Part shown: positions 8,051 to 17,470 of the stretch, piece after piece | How positions within the stretch are numbered: the stretch's first letter is position 1 | Layout of the letters: the number at the start of each line of letters is the position of its first letter | Virus record (IMG/VR): IMGVR_UViG_3300034341_000482 | Location: 1 to 40,224 of that record | Strand: one strand, 5' to 3' | From: a virus | Taxonomy: Duplodnaviria; Caudoviricetes | Length of the DNA stretch: 40,224 nucleotides | Position numbers and translations under genes: made by a program | The notes under the pieces: model-generated | Told to the model about the DNA's origin: nothing | Database searches by the model: none | What the model saw: the letters and a program-made list of their open reading frames with translations, nothing else

Positions 8051-8405
8051 TAATGTCATCGACTTTCGTGCCCGTAGAGAACAGCGTCTAGCAGAAGCTA
8101 TAGAAGTAAGAAAGCGTAAGATCGAAGAACTGGTCGAGCGTGAAGACTTTATAGCAGACTTCGCTATGGGTGCGACAATCGATATAGTCGAAGCCTCATA
8201 TGAATGTGGCTTTGACGTTACCCAAGACCCTATTGCCATTCGTGATATTATGATGTTGATGGAATCAGTGTCATCATTACTGAATAGGACAAAGGGAGAA
8301 CGAACTGCATTTCACGATGTCACAGATGGTGTATTTACCTGGGATGAACGTAAGTGCGAAGAAGTGATGCAAGATTTCCTGCAAGATACGGAAATTTTTA
8401 CTTGA
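8043..8405 (+). CDS. Hypothetical protein
   Basis: MSDNVIDF start; acidic ORF of about 120 aa upstream of rnh. Confidence 0.75.
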   Translation: MSDNVIDFRARREQRLAEAIEVRKRKIEELVEREDFIADFAMGATIDIVEASYECGFDVTQDPIAIRDIMMLMESVSSLLNRTKGERTAFHDVTDGVFTWDERKCEEVMQDFLQDTEIFT

Positions 8406-8430
8406 CAAAGGACATATTCTATGTTACTAT
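8402..8430 (+). promoter_or_regulatory. sigma70-like promoter
   Basis: TTGACA-N17-TACTAT. Confidence 0.7.
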
Positions 8431-8458
8431 ATAAAATCATAGATATGGAGAAATTATT

Positions 8459-9316
8459 ATGATCTTAGTAGACCTAAACCAGGTTATGATCAGCAACATG
8501 ATGGCGCAGATCGGTAACCATAAAAACGCAATGATTGATGAGAATATGCTACGGCACATGATCCTCAATACACTTAGAGCCAACCGCAAGAAATTTCATG
8601 CTGAGTTTGGCGAACTAGTCATCTGTGCTGATGACAAAAACTATTGGCGAAGAAAATCTTATCCTTACTATAAGGCTAATCGTAAGAAACATCGTCAAGA
8701 ATCGGAGTTAGATTGGAATGCAATCTTCACGTCTCTCAATAAGATTAGAGACGAACTCAAAGTATACTTCCCGTACAGAGTACTACAAATTGAAACTGCT
8801 GAAGCAGATGATATCATTGGTACTATCGTACACAAAGAGGGTGTCGATCTAAACATTCCTGGTGCAGAACCTATTCTTGTACTATCGGGTGATAAAGATT
8901 ACATCCAACTTCATAAGTACGCTAACGTAAAGCAATATGATCCGACACGTAAGCGTTGGGTAACACACTCATCACCAGAGAAATATCTCTATGAGCATAT
9001 CATCAAGGGTGATGCAGGTGATGGCGTACCAAATATCTTGTCACCAGACAATTGCTTCGTAATCGGTGAGCGACAGCGACCAATTACACAAAAGCGACTA
9101 GAAGAATGGCAAGACATAAATAACATGAAAGATGAAGTGAAGCGTAACTACCTGCGTAACAAGTCCCTCATCGATCTTGGACAAATACCTGATTACATCA
9201 GAAATCAAGTCCTTGATGAGTGGACAAGTGAGAATGAGAAAGACCGTTCGCAGTTGTTGAATTATTTCATTCACAACAAACTAAAAAACCTTATGGAAGT
9301 AATCTCGGAGTTCTAA
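8459..9316 (+). CDS. rnh: T4-type RNase H / 5'-3' exonuclease
   Basis: MILVD, WR....YYKANRK, EADDII, SGDKDY.QL, GDAGDGVPN and RN..LID motifs. Confidence 0.95.
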   Translation: MILVDLNQVMISNMMAQIGNHKNAMIDENMLRHMILNTLRANRKKFHAEFGELVICADDKNYWRRKSYPYYKANRKKHRQESELDWNAIFTSLNKIRDELKVYFPYRVLQIETAEADDIIGTIVHKEGVDLNIPGAEPILVLSGDKDYIQLHKYANVKQYDPTRKRWVTHSSPEKYLYEHIIKGDAGDGVPNILSPDNCFVIGERQRPITQKRLEEWQDINNMKDEVKRNYLRNKSLIDLGQIPDYIRNQVLDEWTSENEKDRSQLLNYFIHNKLKNLMEVISEF

Positions 9317-9318
9317 TT

Positions 9319-9747
9319 ATGAGTACAATATCCTTGGCTGAAATTGTAAATACAGCCTGTGAAATGAAAACAAAGGAAGAGAAAGTTGCGTGGTTGCAAA
9401 AGCACAATTCTAAACCTCTTCGTAATATTATGAAAATTATGTATGATAAAAGCTTGAAGCTGAACATACCTAATTCAGAGCCACCATACGTGGCTTCTGA
9501 AATGCCTGAGTCTCATGGTCTGTTGTATCGTGAATCTCGTAAGCTACAGTACTTCGTAGAAGGCTTTGGTGGTGACCACATCAAGCCTGTTCGTAGAGAA
9601 CAACTGTTTATTCAGATGCTTGAGTCAGTGGATAAACAAGACTCTAAATTGCTGTTGAAAATGATAAAACAGAAACCACTAAAAGGTCTGACTGCTAAAG
9701 TATTGCAGGAAGCATTAGGTGATTTCATTCCTGTAAAGAGTTCATGA
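9319..9747 (+). CDS. Conserved T4-like hypothetical protein downstream of rnh
   Basis: 142 aa with RRE.LFIQMLE motif. Confidence 0.8.
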   Translation: MSTISLAEIVNTACEMKTKEEKVAWLQKHNSKPLRNIMKIMYDKSLKLNIPNSEPPYVASEMPESHGLLYRESRKLQYFVEGFGGDHIKPVRREQLFIQMLESVDKQDSKLLLKMIKQKPLKGLTAKVLQEALGDFIPVKSS

Positions 9748-9762
9748 GAAGAGAAGATATAA

Positions 9763-9933
9763 ATGTCCAAGCGCAAGAAATTCCGGAATTGGTACGAGGA
9801 CGAGGATGTTGAGGATCGCAGAGACGAAGAGAAGTTTCGAAAGAAAGACTCTAAGCGATATGATGCAAAGAAGTCTGCCATTCAACGGGCCAGAAAGCAA
9901 AAGGCAAAACAAAAAAATTCACTTTTATCGTAA
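9763..9933 (+). CDS. Small highly charged protein not in the ORF track
   Basis: MSKRKKFRNWYEDED...KNSLLS*, 56 aa, fills the gap between neighbours. Confidence 0.6.
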   Translation: MSKRKKFRNWYEDEDVEDRRDEEKFRKKDSKRYDAKKSAIQRARKQKAKQKNSLLS

Positions 9934-9941
9934 AATACCTC

Positions 9942-9970
9942 TTGACAATTTGGATCAGTAGTGTTATACT
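9942..9970 (+). promoter_or_regulatory. sigma70-like promoter
   Basis: TTGACA-N17-TATACT. Confidence 0.8.
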
Positions 9971-9998
9971 AACTGTGAAATAAAGAAAGAGGTATAAT

Positions 9999-10583
9999 AT
10001 GAAAATAAGTGAGAAGTTGATATTGACAGATTGTGATGGTGTTATTCTTGATTGGGAATACGCTTTCACTCAATGGATGATTAGGCACGGTTACAAGTGC
10101 AATGGTTGTGAAGACAGCTATGATATCCACACTAGGTTCAATATCAACAAAGCCGAGTCTAAGAGGCTTGTAAGAATGTTCAATGAGAGTGCGGCTATTA
10201 GAAAGCTACCACCTCTCAGAGATGCTATGAAGTATATAAAGAAACTTCACGAAGAGCATGGTATTATCTTTCACGCTATTACTAGCTTGAGTAAAGATCA
10301 GTATGCATGTCATCTCAGAACTAAAAACTTGATCGAACTATTCGGTCCAACTGCATTTGAGAAGTATGTCTATCTAGACACTGGTGCAGATAAAGATGAA
10401 GAGTTGGCTAAGTACAAAGATACTGGCTGCCTCTGGGTTGAAGATAAGCCTGAGAACGCCGTATGTGGCGCCAACTTTGGTCTTCAGTCTGTTTTGATTG
10501 AACACGATCATAACAAAGATTTTTATCACGAAGATGTGCAAAAAGTATCTTCATGGAAGGAAATCTATGAAATGATGATATAA
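9999..10583 (+). CDS. HAD-superfamily phosphatase/nucleotidase (T4 gp30.2-like)
   Basis: LTDCDGVILDW (motif I), ITS (motif II), K and WVEDKPEN (motifs III/IV). Confidence 0.85.
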   Translation: MKISEKLILTDCDGVILDWEYAFTQWMIRHGYKCNGCEDSYDIHTRFNINKAESKRLVRMFNESAAIRKLPPLRDAMKYIKKLHEEHGIIFHAITSLSKDQYACHLRTKNLIELFGPTAFEKYVYLDTGADKDEELAKYKDTGCLWVEDKPENAVCGANFGLQSVLIEHDHNKDFYHEDVQKVSSWKEIYEMMI

Positions 10584-10586
10584 ATA
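10579..10586 (+). promoter_or_regulatory. T4-type late promoter
   Basis: Exact TATAAATA at a gene end. Confidence 0.6.
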
Positions 10587-10607
10587 CCAGAGTGATGGTA
10601 AGTATTG

Positions 10608-10635
10608 AAGCAGTCCATCTAGGGCTGCTTTTTTT
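10608..10635 (+). terminator. Intrinsic terminator
   Basis: AAGCAGTCC-ATCTA-GGGCTGCTT followed by a T run. Confidence 0.75.
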
Positions 10636-10650
10636 ATAGGAGAATGGAAA

Positions 10651-10902
10651 GTGCCAATATACAGTTTTGAAGACACCGAAAACGGTGAACAATTTGATAT
10701 GATGATGAAGATAGCCGATAAAGAAGCTTGGCTAAAAAAGAATCCCCACATAAAACAAATTATAACTAAAGCACCCGCCTTTAGCTATGATTCTGTGGGA
10801 CTAGGTGCCCGTAAGACCGACGATAACTTCAACTCGCTACTAAAGCATATCAAGAAGGGAAATTCCAAGGGTACTACGGAGTCAACAATAAAAACCCGAT
10901 AA
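10651..10902 (+). CDS. Small FmdB-like conserved phage protein (lacks the Cys pairs)
   Basis: MP.Y.F.D...GE.FD and L..NPHIKQ motifs; AGGAG RBS; directly upstream of phoH. Confidence 0.7.
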   Translation: MPIYSFEDTENGEQFDMMMKIADKEAWLKKNPHIKQIITKAPAFSYDSVGLGARKTDDNFNSLLKHIKKGNSKGTTESTIKTR

Positions 10903-10920
10903 TAACAATAAGGACATTAG

Positions 10921-11673
10921 ATGCCTGCAACCAATCAACGTATCAGCAAAAAGCAACGTAGAGTACTTAGACAACAGGGAATTTTAGACGAAACAAATCA
11001 ACTAACATCAAACTTTCACATTAGTCCGAACATTAGGCCAATGACTGAGAATCAGCGAATAGCATTCGAGTCATGGCAAGATGGATATAATCTAATGATG
11101 CACGGAATAGCAGGCACAGGTAAAACCTTTCTAGGTCTGTACTTCGCACTCAAAGATATTAGTAAACAATCCAATAATAGGGACAAAGTCTTCATCGTAA
11201 GATCGACAGTCCCATCCCGTAACCAGGGTTTCTTACCTGGTAGTCAGAAACAAAAAGAAGCTGTGTACGAAGAGCCTTATTATGATATTGCAAGTAAGAT
11301 ATTTGCTAGGGGAGATGCCTATCAGATACTAAAACAGAAGTCGATGGTCCAGTTTGCTTCTACCTCTTATCTTAGAGGATGCACTTTTGAGAATTGCACT
11401 ATACTCGTAGATGAAGTGCAGAACATGAGTGACGGTGAATTACATACTATAATGACACGTGTAGGTGAGAACTCTAGAATCATCTTCTGTGGAGACATCA
11501 AGCAAGATGATCTTACCTCAGAGAGATTGAAAGAAGAGTCTGGCTTACGTGACTTTATGAGAGTGATTAGCCGAATGGATGAGTTTGATTTTATTGAGTT
11601 TGAAATTGATGATATTGTCAGAAGCCGCTTAGTGAAGTCATATATAATACAACGTGATAAATTAGGACTATAA
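10921..11673 (+). CDS. phoH: PhoH-like ATPase
   Basis: GIAGTGKT, GFLPG, YLRGCTF, DEVQN, TRVG and GD..Q.DL motifs. Confidence 0.95.
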   Translation: MPATNQRISKKQRRVLRQQGILDETNQLTSNFHISPNIRPMTENQRIAFESWQDGYNLMMHGIAGTGKTFLGLYFALKDISKQSNNRDKVFIVRSTVPSRNQGFLPGSQKQKEAVYEEPYYDIASKIFARGDAYQILKQKSMVQFASTSYLRGCTFENCTILVDEVQNMSDGELHTIMTRVGENSRIIFCGDIKQDDLTSERLKEESGLRDFMRVISRMDEFDFIEFEIDDIVRSRLVKSYIIQRDKLGL

Positions 11674-11676
11674 ATA
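11669..11676 (+). promoter_or_regulatory. T4-type late promoter ahead of the PAAR/tail module
   Basis: Exact TATAAATA. Confidence 0.65.
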
Positions 11677-11879
11677 TGAGTACAGGTACATATATTGGTA
11701 CTGCGAAAGTAGTAGAGGACACAGACGGCGAATTGCTGTTAGAGTTCGATGTTGAAACTCTCAATCAAATGGGTTGGGATGAAGAGACAATGCTTGAGTG
11801 GATCATTGACGAAGAAGAAATAACGCTAAGAGAGGCAAAAAATGGCAGAGACAAGACTGAGAGTATTTCAAAGGGCTAA
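11676..11879 (+). CDS. Small acidic protein, AbrB-like pattern
   Basis: V.ED..GEL.L.F....L.QMGW....LEW pattern. Confidence 0.6.
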   Translation: MSTGTYIGTAKVVEDTDGELLLEFDVETLNQMGWDEETMLEWIIDEEEITLREAKNGRDKTESISKG

Positions 11880-11964
11880 CGGTGAGCGTTTCGTAAAGCA
11901 GTTGACACAAGCAGAGTGTGACGCTTTCGTTGCGGATAATCCCGATCTTACACTGGTGCGATAA
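11842..11964 (+). CDS. 40-aa hypothetical protein not in the ORF track
   Basis: GAGG RBS; MAETRLRVFQRANGERF...; its stop overlaps the PAAR start (TAATG). Confidence 0.55.
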   Translation: MAETRLRVFQRANGERFVKQLTQAECDAFVADNPDLTLVR

Positions 11965-12260
11965 TGCCAGGTAAAGGAATCACTAGAGCAGGAGACACGC
12001 ATATTGGACATGCATCCCCAACTCCTAACCCGTTTCACAAAACTGCTTATGTTGCTAGTACTGCTAAGGTAATGGCAGATGGGATTTTTGTGATTCGTTT
12101 AGGCGACTCAACTGCTTGTGGAGATCCTGTTGTAGGAGCATCTGCTAAAGTGTATGCTCAAGGTCAACCAGTTCATAGAATTGGCGATGCTACTGGTGGT
12201 CACGGATCATGGGTGCCTAACGCATCTGCTAGTGGCTCTATAAAAGTCTTTGCATCATAA
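11964..12260 (+). CDS. PAAR-repeat spike tip protein (T4 gp5.4-like)
   Basis: Three R.GD repeats (TRAGD, IRLGD, HRIGD) with His/Cys metal ligands and a GS.KVF end. Confidence 0.92.
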   Translation: MPGKGITRAGDTHIGHASPTPNPFHKTAYVASTAKVMADGIFVIRLGDSTACGDPVVGASAKVYAQGQPVHRIGDATGGHGSWVPNASASGSIKVFAS

Positions 12261-12269
12261 GGTGACAAT

Positions 12270-12653
12270 ATGCCAACAAGTAGATATTCGCAAGTTGTGG
12301 AGTTGCTAAAAGCAGACGTTCCAACGAGATCACTGTCAAATACTTCTAAGTTGGCTCTTGTCGCTGAACTGAAAGCAGAACTAGATCAGGCTATTGCTAA
12401 TGAAGAGGAAAATGCAAAGCCTGATTATGCTAATCTACTACCATTGGCGGCAGGTGAGCCAGACGCTACAGTAAAACAAAAGTTGACTGATGAAGCATAT
12501 AGATTTACTGCTCCACTCTCTGAAGCTGAAGAAGATTTATTCAACTTCGTACCTAGAGGTTATATTGAGAACAACCCTGGATTCGACTCCTCAAATAACT
12601 GGGTAAGTTATCTTGGTTCGTATCCAAACCCTAATACCGGAGAGTATTCCTAA
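12270..12653 (+). CDS. Hypothetical virion-associated protein
   Basis: 127-aa ORF between PAAR and the fibre gene, with TAATG coupling. Confidence 0.7.
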   Translation: MPTSRYSQVVELLKADVPTRSLSNTSKLALVAELKAELDQAIANEEENAKPDYANLLPLAAGEPDATVKQKLTDEAYRFTAPLSEAEEDLFNFVPRGYIENNPGFDSSNNWVSYLGSYPNPNTGEYS

Positions 12654-15600
12654 TGACGGCTAATGCGGCGGCAAATAACGTACTAGTAGAAGACCTGATC
12701 GTACAAAGGTCAGCGAAGGGCACCGCACTTACGTTTGATGAGATGGACTTCAACGTCCGTACTATTGCTAGATATCTTGACTTAGTAAGTGGCGCCACAA
12801 TTGGTAACCTACAGATCCTTCTAGATGATCTAGCCGCAGACGTAGAACTTTCCTCAAACAACTTTCAAGACTTTACTGATGCAGTTGCGGCTCAACAGTT
12901 AGCAGTCAACACACAAATCCAAGCAGTAAACGTTCTTATTGCAAATACCGTTGCTGAGTTAGAAGCTACTGAGGCTGCCATTCTAGCGCAAGTGAATACA
13001 GAAGTTGTGGCACTAAGATCGTTTGTAAACACCGAGGTTACAGACGCAAGAAGCGATCTACAGGTAGCGATCAACAACGCAATTCAAACTCTATCGACTG
13101 GTGTTGATACTACTATCACCACATCGATTGCGGCTGCCACTAACACGATCAACCAAAGTATTCAGAGTTCAAGAGACTATGCCAACAGCCTAGTGCAAGG
13201 GTCTATAGCAACGCTAAACACTGCCATTGCTGATTCTGCAAATACGCTACAGCAAGCGATACTAGAAGCAAAGGCAAATGTCGTTTCTCAGACTGCGGCT
13301 AGTTATGTTACACAGACTGAACTAGAGTCTACAGTAACATCCATCAACTCTGCTAGATCACTAGACTTATCAGTAGTAGAAAGCCGTGTTACAAATAACG
13401 TGACATCTTCTATCGCTACACTAGAAGAAACTTTCGCAAACACCACAACTGGTCTTGCTCAAAGCATCACAAGCCTCGACACTTCATTGCGTGATGATGT
13501 AAATACTCAGATTCAGGCTGTTATCTCTACTACAGAAACAGCGGTACGAAATGTAAATACTGCATTGACACAGCGAGTATCAAACCTTGCGACAAGTGTA
13601 AACAATACGATCAACTCACGTATTGGTGAAATTCTTGTTACCGTTGCGAGTTCGAACACAACCCTTGCTTCATCGATCACTGCTATCGAAGCAAACTTGG
13701 CAGAGAACTATGCCACGATTACTGACCTATCGTCTGCACAGACAGGATTACAAACTGCAATATCAAATGCAGTCACGCAGTTAGAAGCGCAGGTCAATAC
13801 GACTAACCAATCGCTATCTTCTTCTGTGACAACATTGACGGACGCTATCGCTAACGCAGAGTCCACTTCTGCACAAGCAGTAACAGATTTGCAGGCAACA
13901 ATAAGCAATACTATTAGTTCAGAAGTCACAACTCTTCAGACCGCAATTGCCGATCAGAATACCGCACTGTCTCAACAGATTAGTACATTGAGTTCTACAG
14001 TAAGCAATAATATTACTGCATCAATCAACACACTAGAGACTGCACTAGCGACTACAAACACTGCCCTTGTGGGTCGTATTAGTACACTTGAGTCATCTGT
14101 ATCGAATACAATTTCTGCACAGATTACGAACTTAGCAAATACAGTTGCGACCCAGAATACTGCATTGACAACTCAGATCAGCCAGCTAAATGCAACGCTG
14201 AGTAACAATATATCAAGTTCTGTTTCTACGCTTGAAAGTGCTATTAGTACTACCAATACCGCACTATCACAACGAATAACAAATCTTGATTCAACACTAA
14301 GCAATACTATATCAGCTAGTGTGACTACATTATCGGATGCTATCGCAAACGAGTCTAGTTCTAGGGCATCAGCATTGTCTACAATATCTTCTAGCGTAGC
14401 AAACAATGCGGCAGACATTAGTACACTTGAGACCACGATATCAAATACCAATACTGCATTGAGTCAACGTATCACTGCGGTGGACACTGCATTAGGTAAC
14501 ACCATCTCAAGTGAGATTAGTAATCTACAGACCAGTTTGTCAAATGCTCAGACGGCACTTGCACAGTCTATTACTAATCTAAACACGCAACTATCTAACA
14601 CCATTTCTACTGAAGTGTCTACGCTTGAGTCTGCTATCAGCACAGTAAACACTGCAATAGGTACACGTGCAAGTGATATTCTTGTGACCGTAGCGAACAC
14701 TTACGCAACTATCACAGACTTACAGACCGCAGAATCAACAGCGAACACTGCACTAGTTACACAGATCAACAACTTAGAATCGTCTTTATCTAATACCATT
14801 AGTGGACAGATTACAAGTGTACAAAACTTAGTTGCCAACTTAGAGAGTTCTGTTGCTTCAGATTTTACTACCTTATCAACAAACATTGCGAATACATATG
14901 CAACTCAGACCTCGTTATCGACAGCGATCAGTAGTGAGTCACAGGCGAGAACTACTGCCACTGATCTACTCACAACTCAGTTGGGAAGTAATGTTCGTGG
15001 TCTAAACTTGAACGCACACTTTGATTTTGGATACGATCACTACTCAGAGAATCCAAGTAGTTTCGATGCCCCATCTGAAACCAGTAAATTCAAACTTGAG
15101 TCAGATGATTCGACTCCTGATGTTGTTACTGGTGGTGAAGCACTTAGAATTGTAGGACCTGCACAACTTTTCTATAGATATCATCTGCCTGTAGATACCA
15201 CTAGAACCTATAGAGTTCGCATCAGAGTAAAGTCGATAGGTACGACTAATGCTAGAATGTATGCTGGTGTTGCGACTTACGATAGAGCAGGAACACTACA
15301 AACAACTTCACCCGGTACACACAGATACGGTGCGGCGTCAAATGTATATCTTCCTTCTGATAACACGTGGCGTGTGTATGAAGGACTATTCACTGGAGCA
15401 GGTAATAGCACACATAATCAATTTAGAAGTGGTACAGCATATGCCATACCTATGATGATTGTAAACTATCAGGGCAACAACTCTCACATTACTCTAGTAG
15501 ATGAGTTGACTCTTGAAGATGTGACAGAAGCAGAAGACAACAAAGCATTTATTCTTACGGTGCAAGATGCTGTTTCTAATCTATCGTCCTCTACTGCATC

Positions 15601-16372
15601 TACCTTGACAACACTACAAACAAGTTTTGCAAACACATATGCCACAAAGACAGAGTTGGCAACAGTTGCTTCTAACGCCAATGCCGCCTCTGTGAGTGTT
15701 TTGAGTACAATGAGAACAGAAGTTTCAACGATGAACACTTCGGTTCGTAGCGCCGCTGCCACTGCCGCCGATAATGCTCAGACTGCCGCTACAGCCGCAG
15801 GGGCGGCAGCCGCAGCCGCAGCCGCTGGTGCTGTAAACACTGCATTACGAGGAGTAATCTCTAGCGAAATATCCACGCTATCGACTTTGATATCTAACGT
15901 AAATACGTCACTTGTTTCAGACTTTACTTCTCTGAGTACTTCTTTTGATGGCATGAATACGACGGTAAGTACTCTATCAAGTTCTCTAGATGGTGTAAGA
16001 GGTAGCTATGGTGTTTCGGTAGATAATAATGGACACATTTCTGGTTTCTCATTAGTATCAACACTTGCAGAAGATTCGTCAAATGCTACTTCAGAATTTA
16101 CGGTTGCGGCTAATAAATTCAATATTGTCAACCCAACTGATCTGAACAATTCGATAGCTCCGTTTGCTGTTATCACTAGTGGGGCAGATGCTGGCGTTTA
16201 CGTGAACGGTGCTGTTATCAAGCCTGGGTCTATCACAGCAGAATCAATCAACGCTATCAATCTATCTAGTTTGTATGCGGACTTAGGAACAATTACGGCA
16301 GGTACTCTGTCAAACGCTTCAGGTACATTTTTCATCGATCTAAATAATGGTACAATAACAATTTCAGTATGA
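12653..16372 (+). CDS. Long coiled-coil tail fibre with an inserted jelly-roll/CBM-like domain and a C-terminal lambda J-like (DUF1983-type) domain
   Basis: N-terminal R..KG..LTF.EMD.N fibre motif; S/T/A/N-rich repeats; aromatic beta domain at about 14990-15530; C-terminal YGV.VDNNGHISGF.L...SEF.V.A.KF...PF.V....VY.NGA.I..GSIT. Confidence 0.8.
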   Translation: MTANAAANNVLVEDLIVQRSAKGTALTFDEMDFNVRTIARYLDLVSGATIGNLQILLDDLAADVELSSNNFQDFTDAVAAQQLAVNTQIQAVNVLIANTVAELEATEAAILAQVNTEVVALRSFVNTEVTDARSDLQVAINNAIQTLSTGVDTTITTSIAAATNTINQSIQSSRDYANSLVQGSIATLNTAIADSANTLQQAILEAKANVVSQTAASYVTQTELESTVTSINSARSLDLSVVESRVTNNVTSSIATLEETFANTTTGLAQSITSLDTSLRDDVNTQIQAVISTTETAVRNVNTALTQRVSNLATSVNNTINSRIGEILVTVASSNTTLASSITAIEANLAENYATITDLSSAQTGLQTAISNAVTQLEAQVNTTNQSLSSSVTTLTDAIANAESTSAQAVTDLQATISNTISSEVTTLQTAIADQNTALSQQISTLSSTVSNNITASINTLETALATTNTALVGRISTLESSVSNTISAQITNLANTVATQNTALTTQISQLNATLSNNISSSVSTLESAISTTNTALSQRITNLDSTLSNTISASVTTLSDAIANESSSRASALSTISSSVANNAADISTLETTISNTNTALSQRITAVDTALGNTISSEISNLQTSLSNAQTALAQSITNLNTQLSNTISTEVSTLESAISTVNTAIGTRASDILVTVANTYATITDLQTAESTANTALVTQINNLESSLSNTISGQITSVQNLVANLESSVASDFTTLSTNIANTYATQTSLSTAISSESQARTTATDLLTTQLGSNVRGLNLNAHFDFGYDHYSENPSSFDAPSETSKFKLESDDSTPDVVTGGEALRIVGPAQLFYRYHLPVDTTRTYRVRIRVKSIGTTNARMYAGVATYDRAGTLQTTSPGTHRYGAASNVYLPSDNTWRVYEGLFTGAGNSTHNQFRSGTAYAIPMMIVNYQGNNSHITLVDELTLEDVTEAEDNKAFILTVQDAVSNLSSSTASTLTTLQTSFANTYATKTELATVASNANAASVSVLSTMRTEVSTMNTSVRSAAATAADNAQTAATAAGAAAAAAAAGAVNTALRGVISSEISTLSTLISNVNTSLVSDFTSLSTSFDGMNTTVSTLSSSLDGVRGSYGVSVDNNGHISGFSLVSTLAEDSSNATSEFTVAANKFNIVNPTDLNNSIAPFAVITSGADAGVYVNGAVIKPGSITAESINAINLSSLYADLGTITAGTLSNASGTFFIDLNNGTITISV
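13900..14880 (+). repeat. Degenerate 33-aa (99-bp, 3x11) repeats within the fibre gene
   Basis: NTISSEVTTLQTAIADQNTALSQQISTLSSTVS / NNITASINTLETALATTNTALVGRISTLESSVS / NTISAQITNLANTVATQNTALTTQISQLNATLS / NNISSSVSTLESAISTTNTALSQRITNLDSTLS, and further copies. Confidence 0.85.
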
Positions 16373-16382
16373 GGTAAAAATT

Positions 16383-16919
16383 ATGGCTATAGAATTCGAA
16401 TTAGGACAAAAGTGGTCCGTAGTATACGGTGAGTGGGAACAAGATGACGTGAACGGTGACTTTGAAGTTGTTGAAGAATCCGGTATCGAAGACACTATTC
16501 ACATAGGTACTGGTATACTATGTACTAAGAAGTGGTCAGGTAAAGCATGGCAATTTAGAAAAGTAGATTGTGTTAGTCTTGCCGCAGAATATATTGATGA
16601 GGGTCTTGGTACTAATTACTGGGAATACTATATGAACGAAGTGAAGGGCGAGTTCTATCGAAATCACTTACACAGTGGTATTGCAGGATACTTTGATGAG
16701 CATATGCCCGACTTTCAGATTGTCGAAGATAATAATGATATTAGAAAATATGACGTTCTTGTGTATCAGCTATGGGATATTGATGATCTACAGAGCCCAC
16801 ATATAGGAGTCTATATCGGAGATGAGAAGTTGCTTACAATCGATCCTGGCAAGATGTCTTCAGAAGACCCATTAGACAGAAACAAAGTAATCAGAATATA
16901 TAGGTGCATTCATGCCTAA
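16383..16919 (+). CDS. NlpC/P60-like protein (lambda gpK-like tail assembly or peptidase)
   Basis: DCVSL (catalytic Cys), YDVLVY, HIGVYIG (catalytic His), and C-terminal IRIYR. Confidence 0.7.
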   Translation: MAIEFELGQKWSVVYGEWEQDDVNGDFEVVEESGIEDTIHIGTGILCTKKWSGKAWQFRKVDCVSLAAEYIDEGLGTNYWEYYMNEVKGEFYRNHLHSGIAGYFDEHMPDFQIVEDNNDIRKYDVLVYQLWDIDDLQSPHIGVYIGDEKLLTIDPGKMSSEDPLDRNKVIRIYRCIHA

Positions 16920-17469
16920 TCACACATTTTTCACATCAGCCGAATCTGGTAAAATTCTTATCAAGAATTATGATAGCAATGACACGCAGACATCGTTGAA
17001 AAATTTAGCAAACAGTCCCTCGACTTCAAACCAAGACTTGATCTTTCATAGTGACTTCAACTTCCTGACAATTGTTGGCACAGTATCACAGGCTTCGGTA
17101 TCATTGCCAGCCTTCACTAGAAACGTGCATAGTTGGAGTAGTGGTGGTAAATGCTTTATCTCAACTGCGGCTTGTGAGATCATGGGACTAGATGATTACG
17201 GTCCAGCATTGCAAACTCTAAGAGACTATCGTGATGGTTGGATGTCTGAAACGGAAGAAGGCAGAAAACTTGTAGAGGAGTACTATGAAATGGCACCTGG
17301 TGTCGTAGATGCTATGAATAGTTTAGAAAATCCTATAGAAGCATATAGCGAACTTTATCATAAATATATTATGAAAGCAGTAACCGAAATAGAGAATGGC
17401 CAGAATGAAGAGGCACTTCACACGTACAGATCAATGTGTGATGTGGCTAAAGGTTATCTAGGAGAATGA
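16912..17469 (+). CDS. Protein with a C-terminal CFI-box-CTERM-like domain
   Basis: SSGGK-CFISTAAC...L.TLR.YRD..M.....GR.LVEEYYEMAP.VV. Confidence 0.75.
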   Translation: MPNHTFFTSAESGKILIKNYDSNDTQTSLKNLANSPSTSNQDLIFHSDFNFLTIVGTVSQASVSLPAFTRNVHSWSSGGKCFISTAACEIMGLDDYGPALQTLRDYRDGWMSETEEGRKLVEEYYEMAPGVVDAMNSLENPIEAYSELYHKYIMKAVTEIENGQNEEALHTYRSMCDVAKGYLGE

Positions 17470-17470
17470 T

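Noticed and set aside
17140-17469. Intein/Hint domain starting at the CF motif
   Set aside because: It lacks Hint block B (T..H) and a terminal HN; the sequence is helical and fits the CFI-box pattern.
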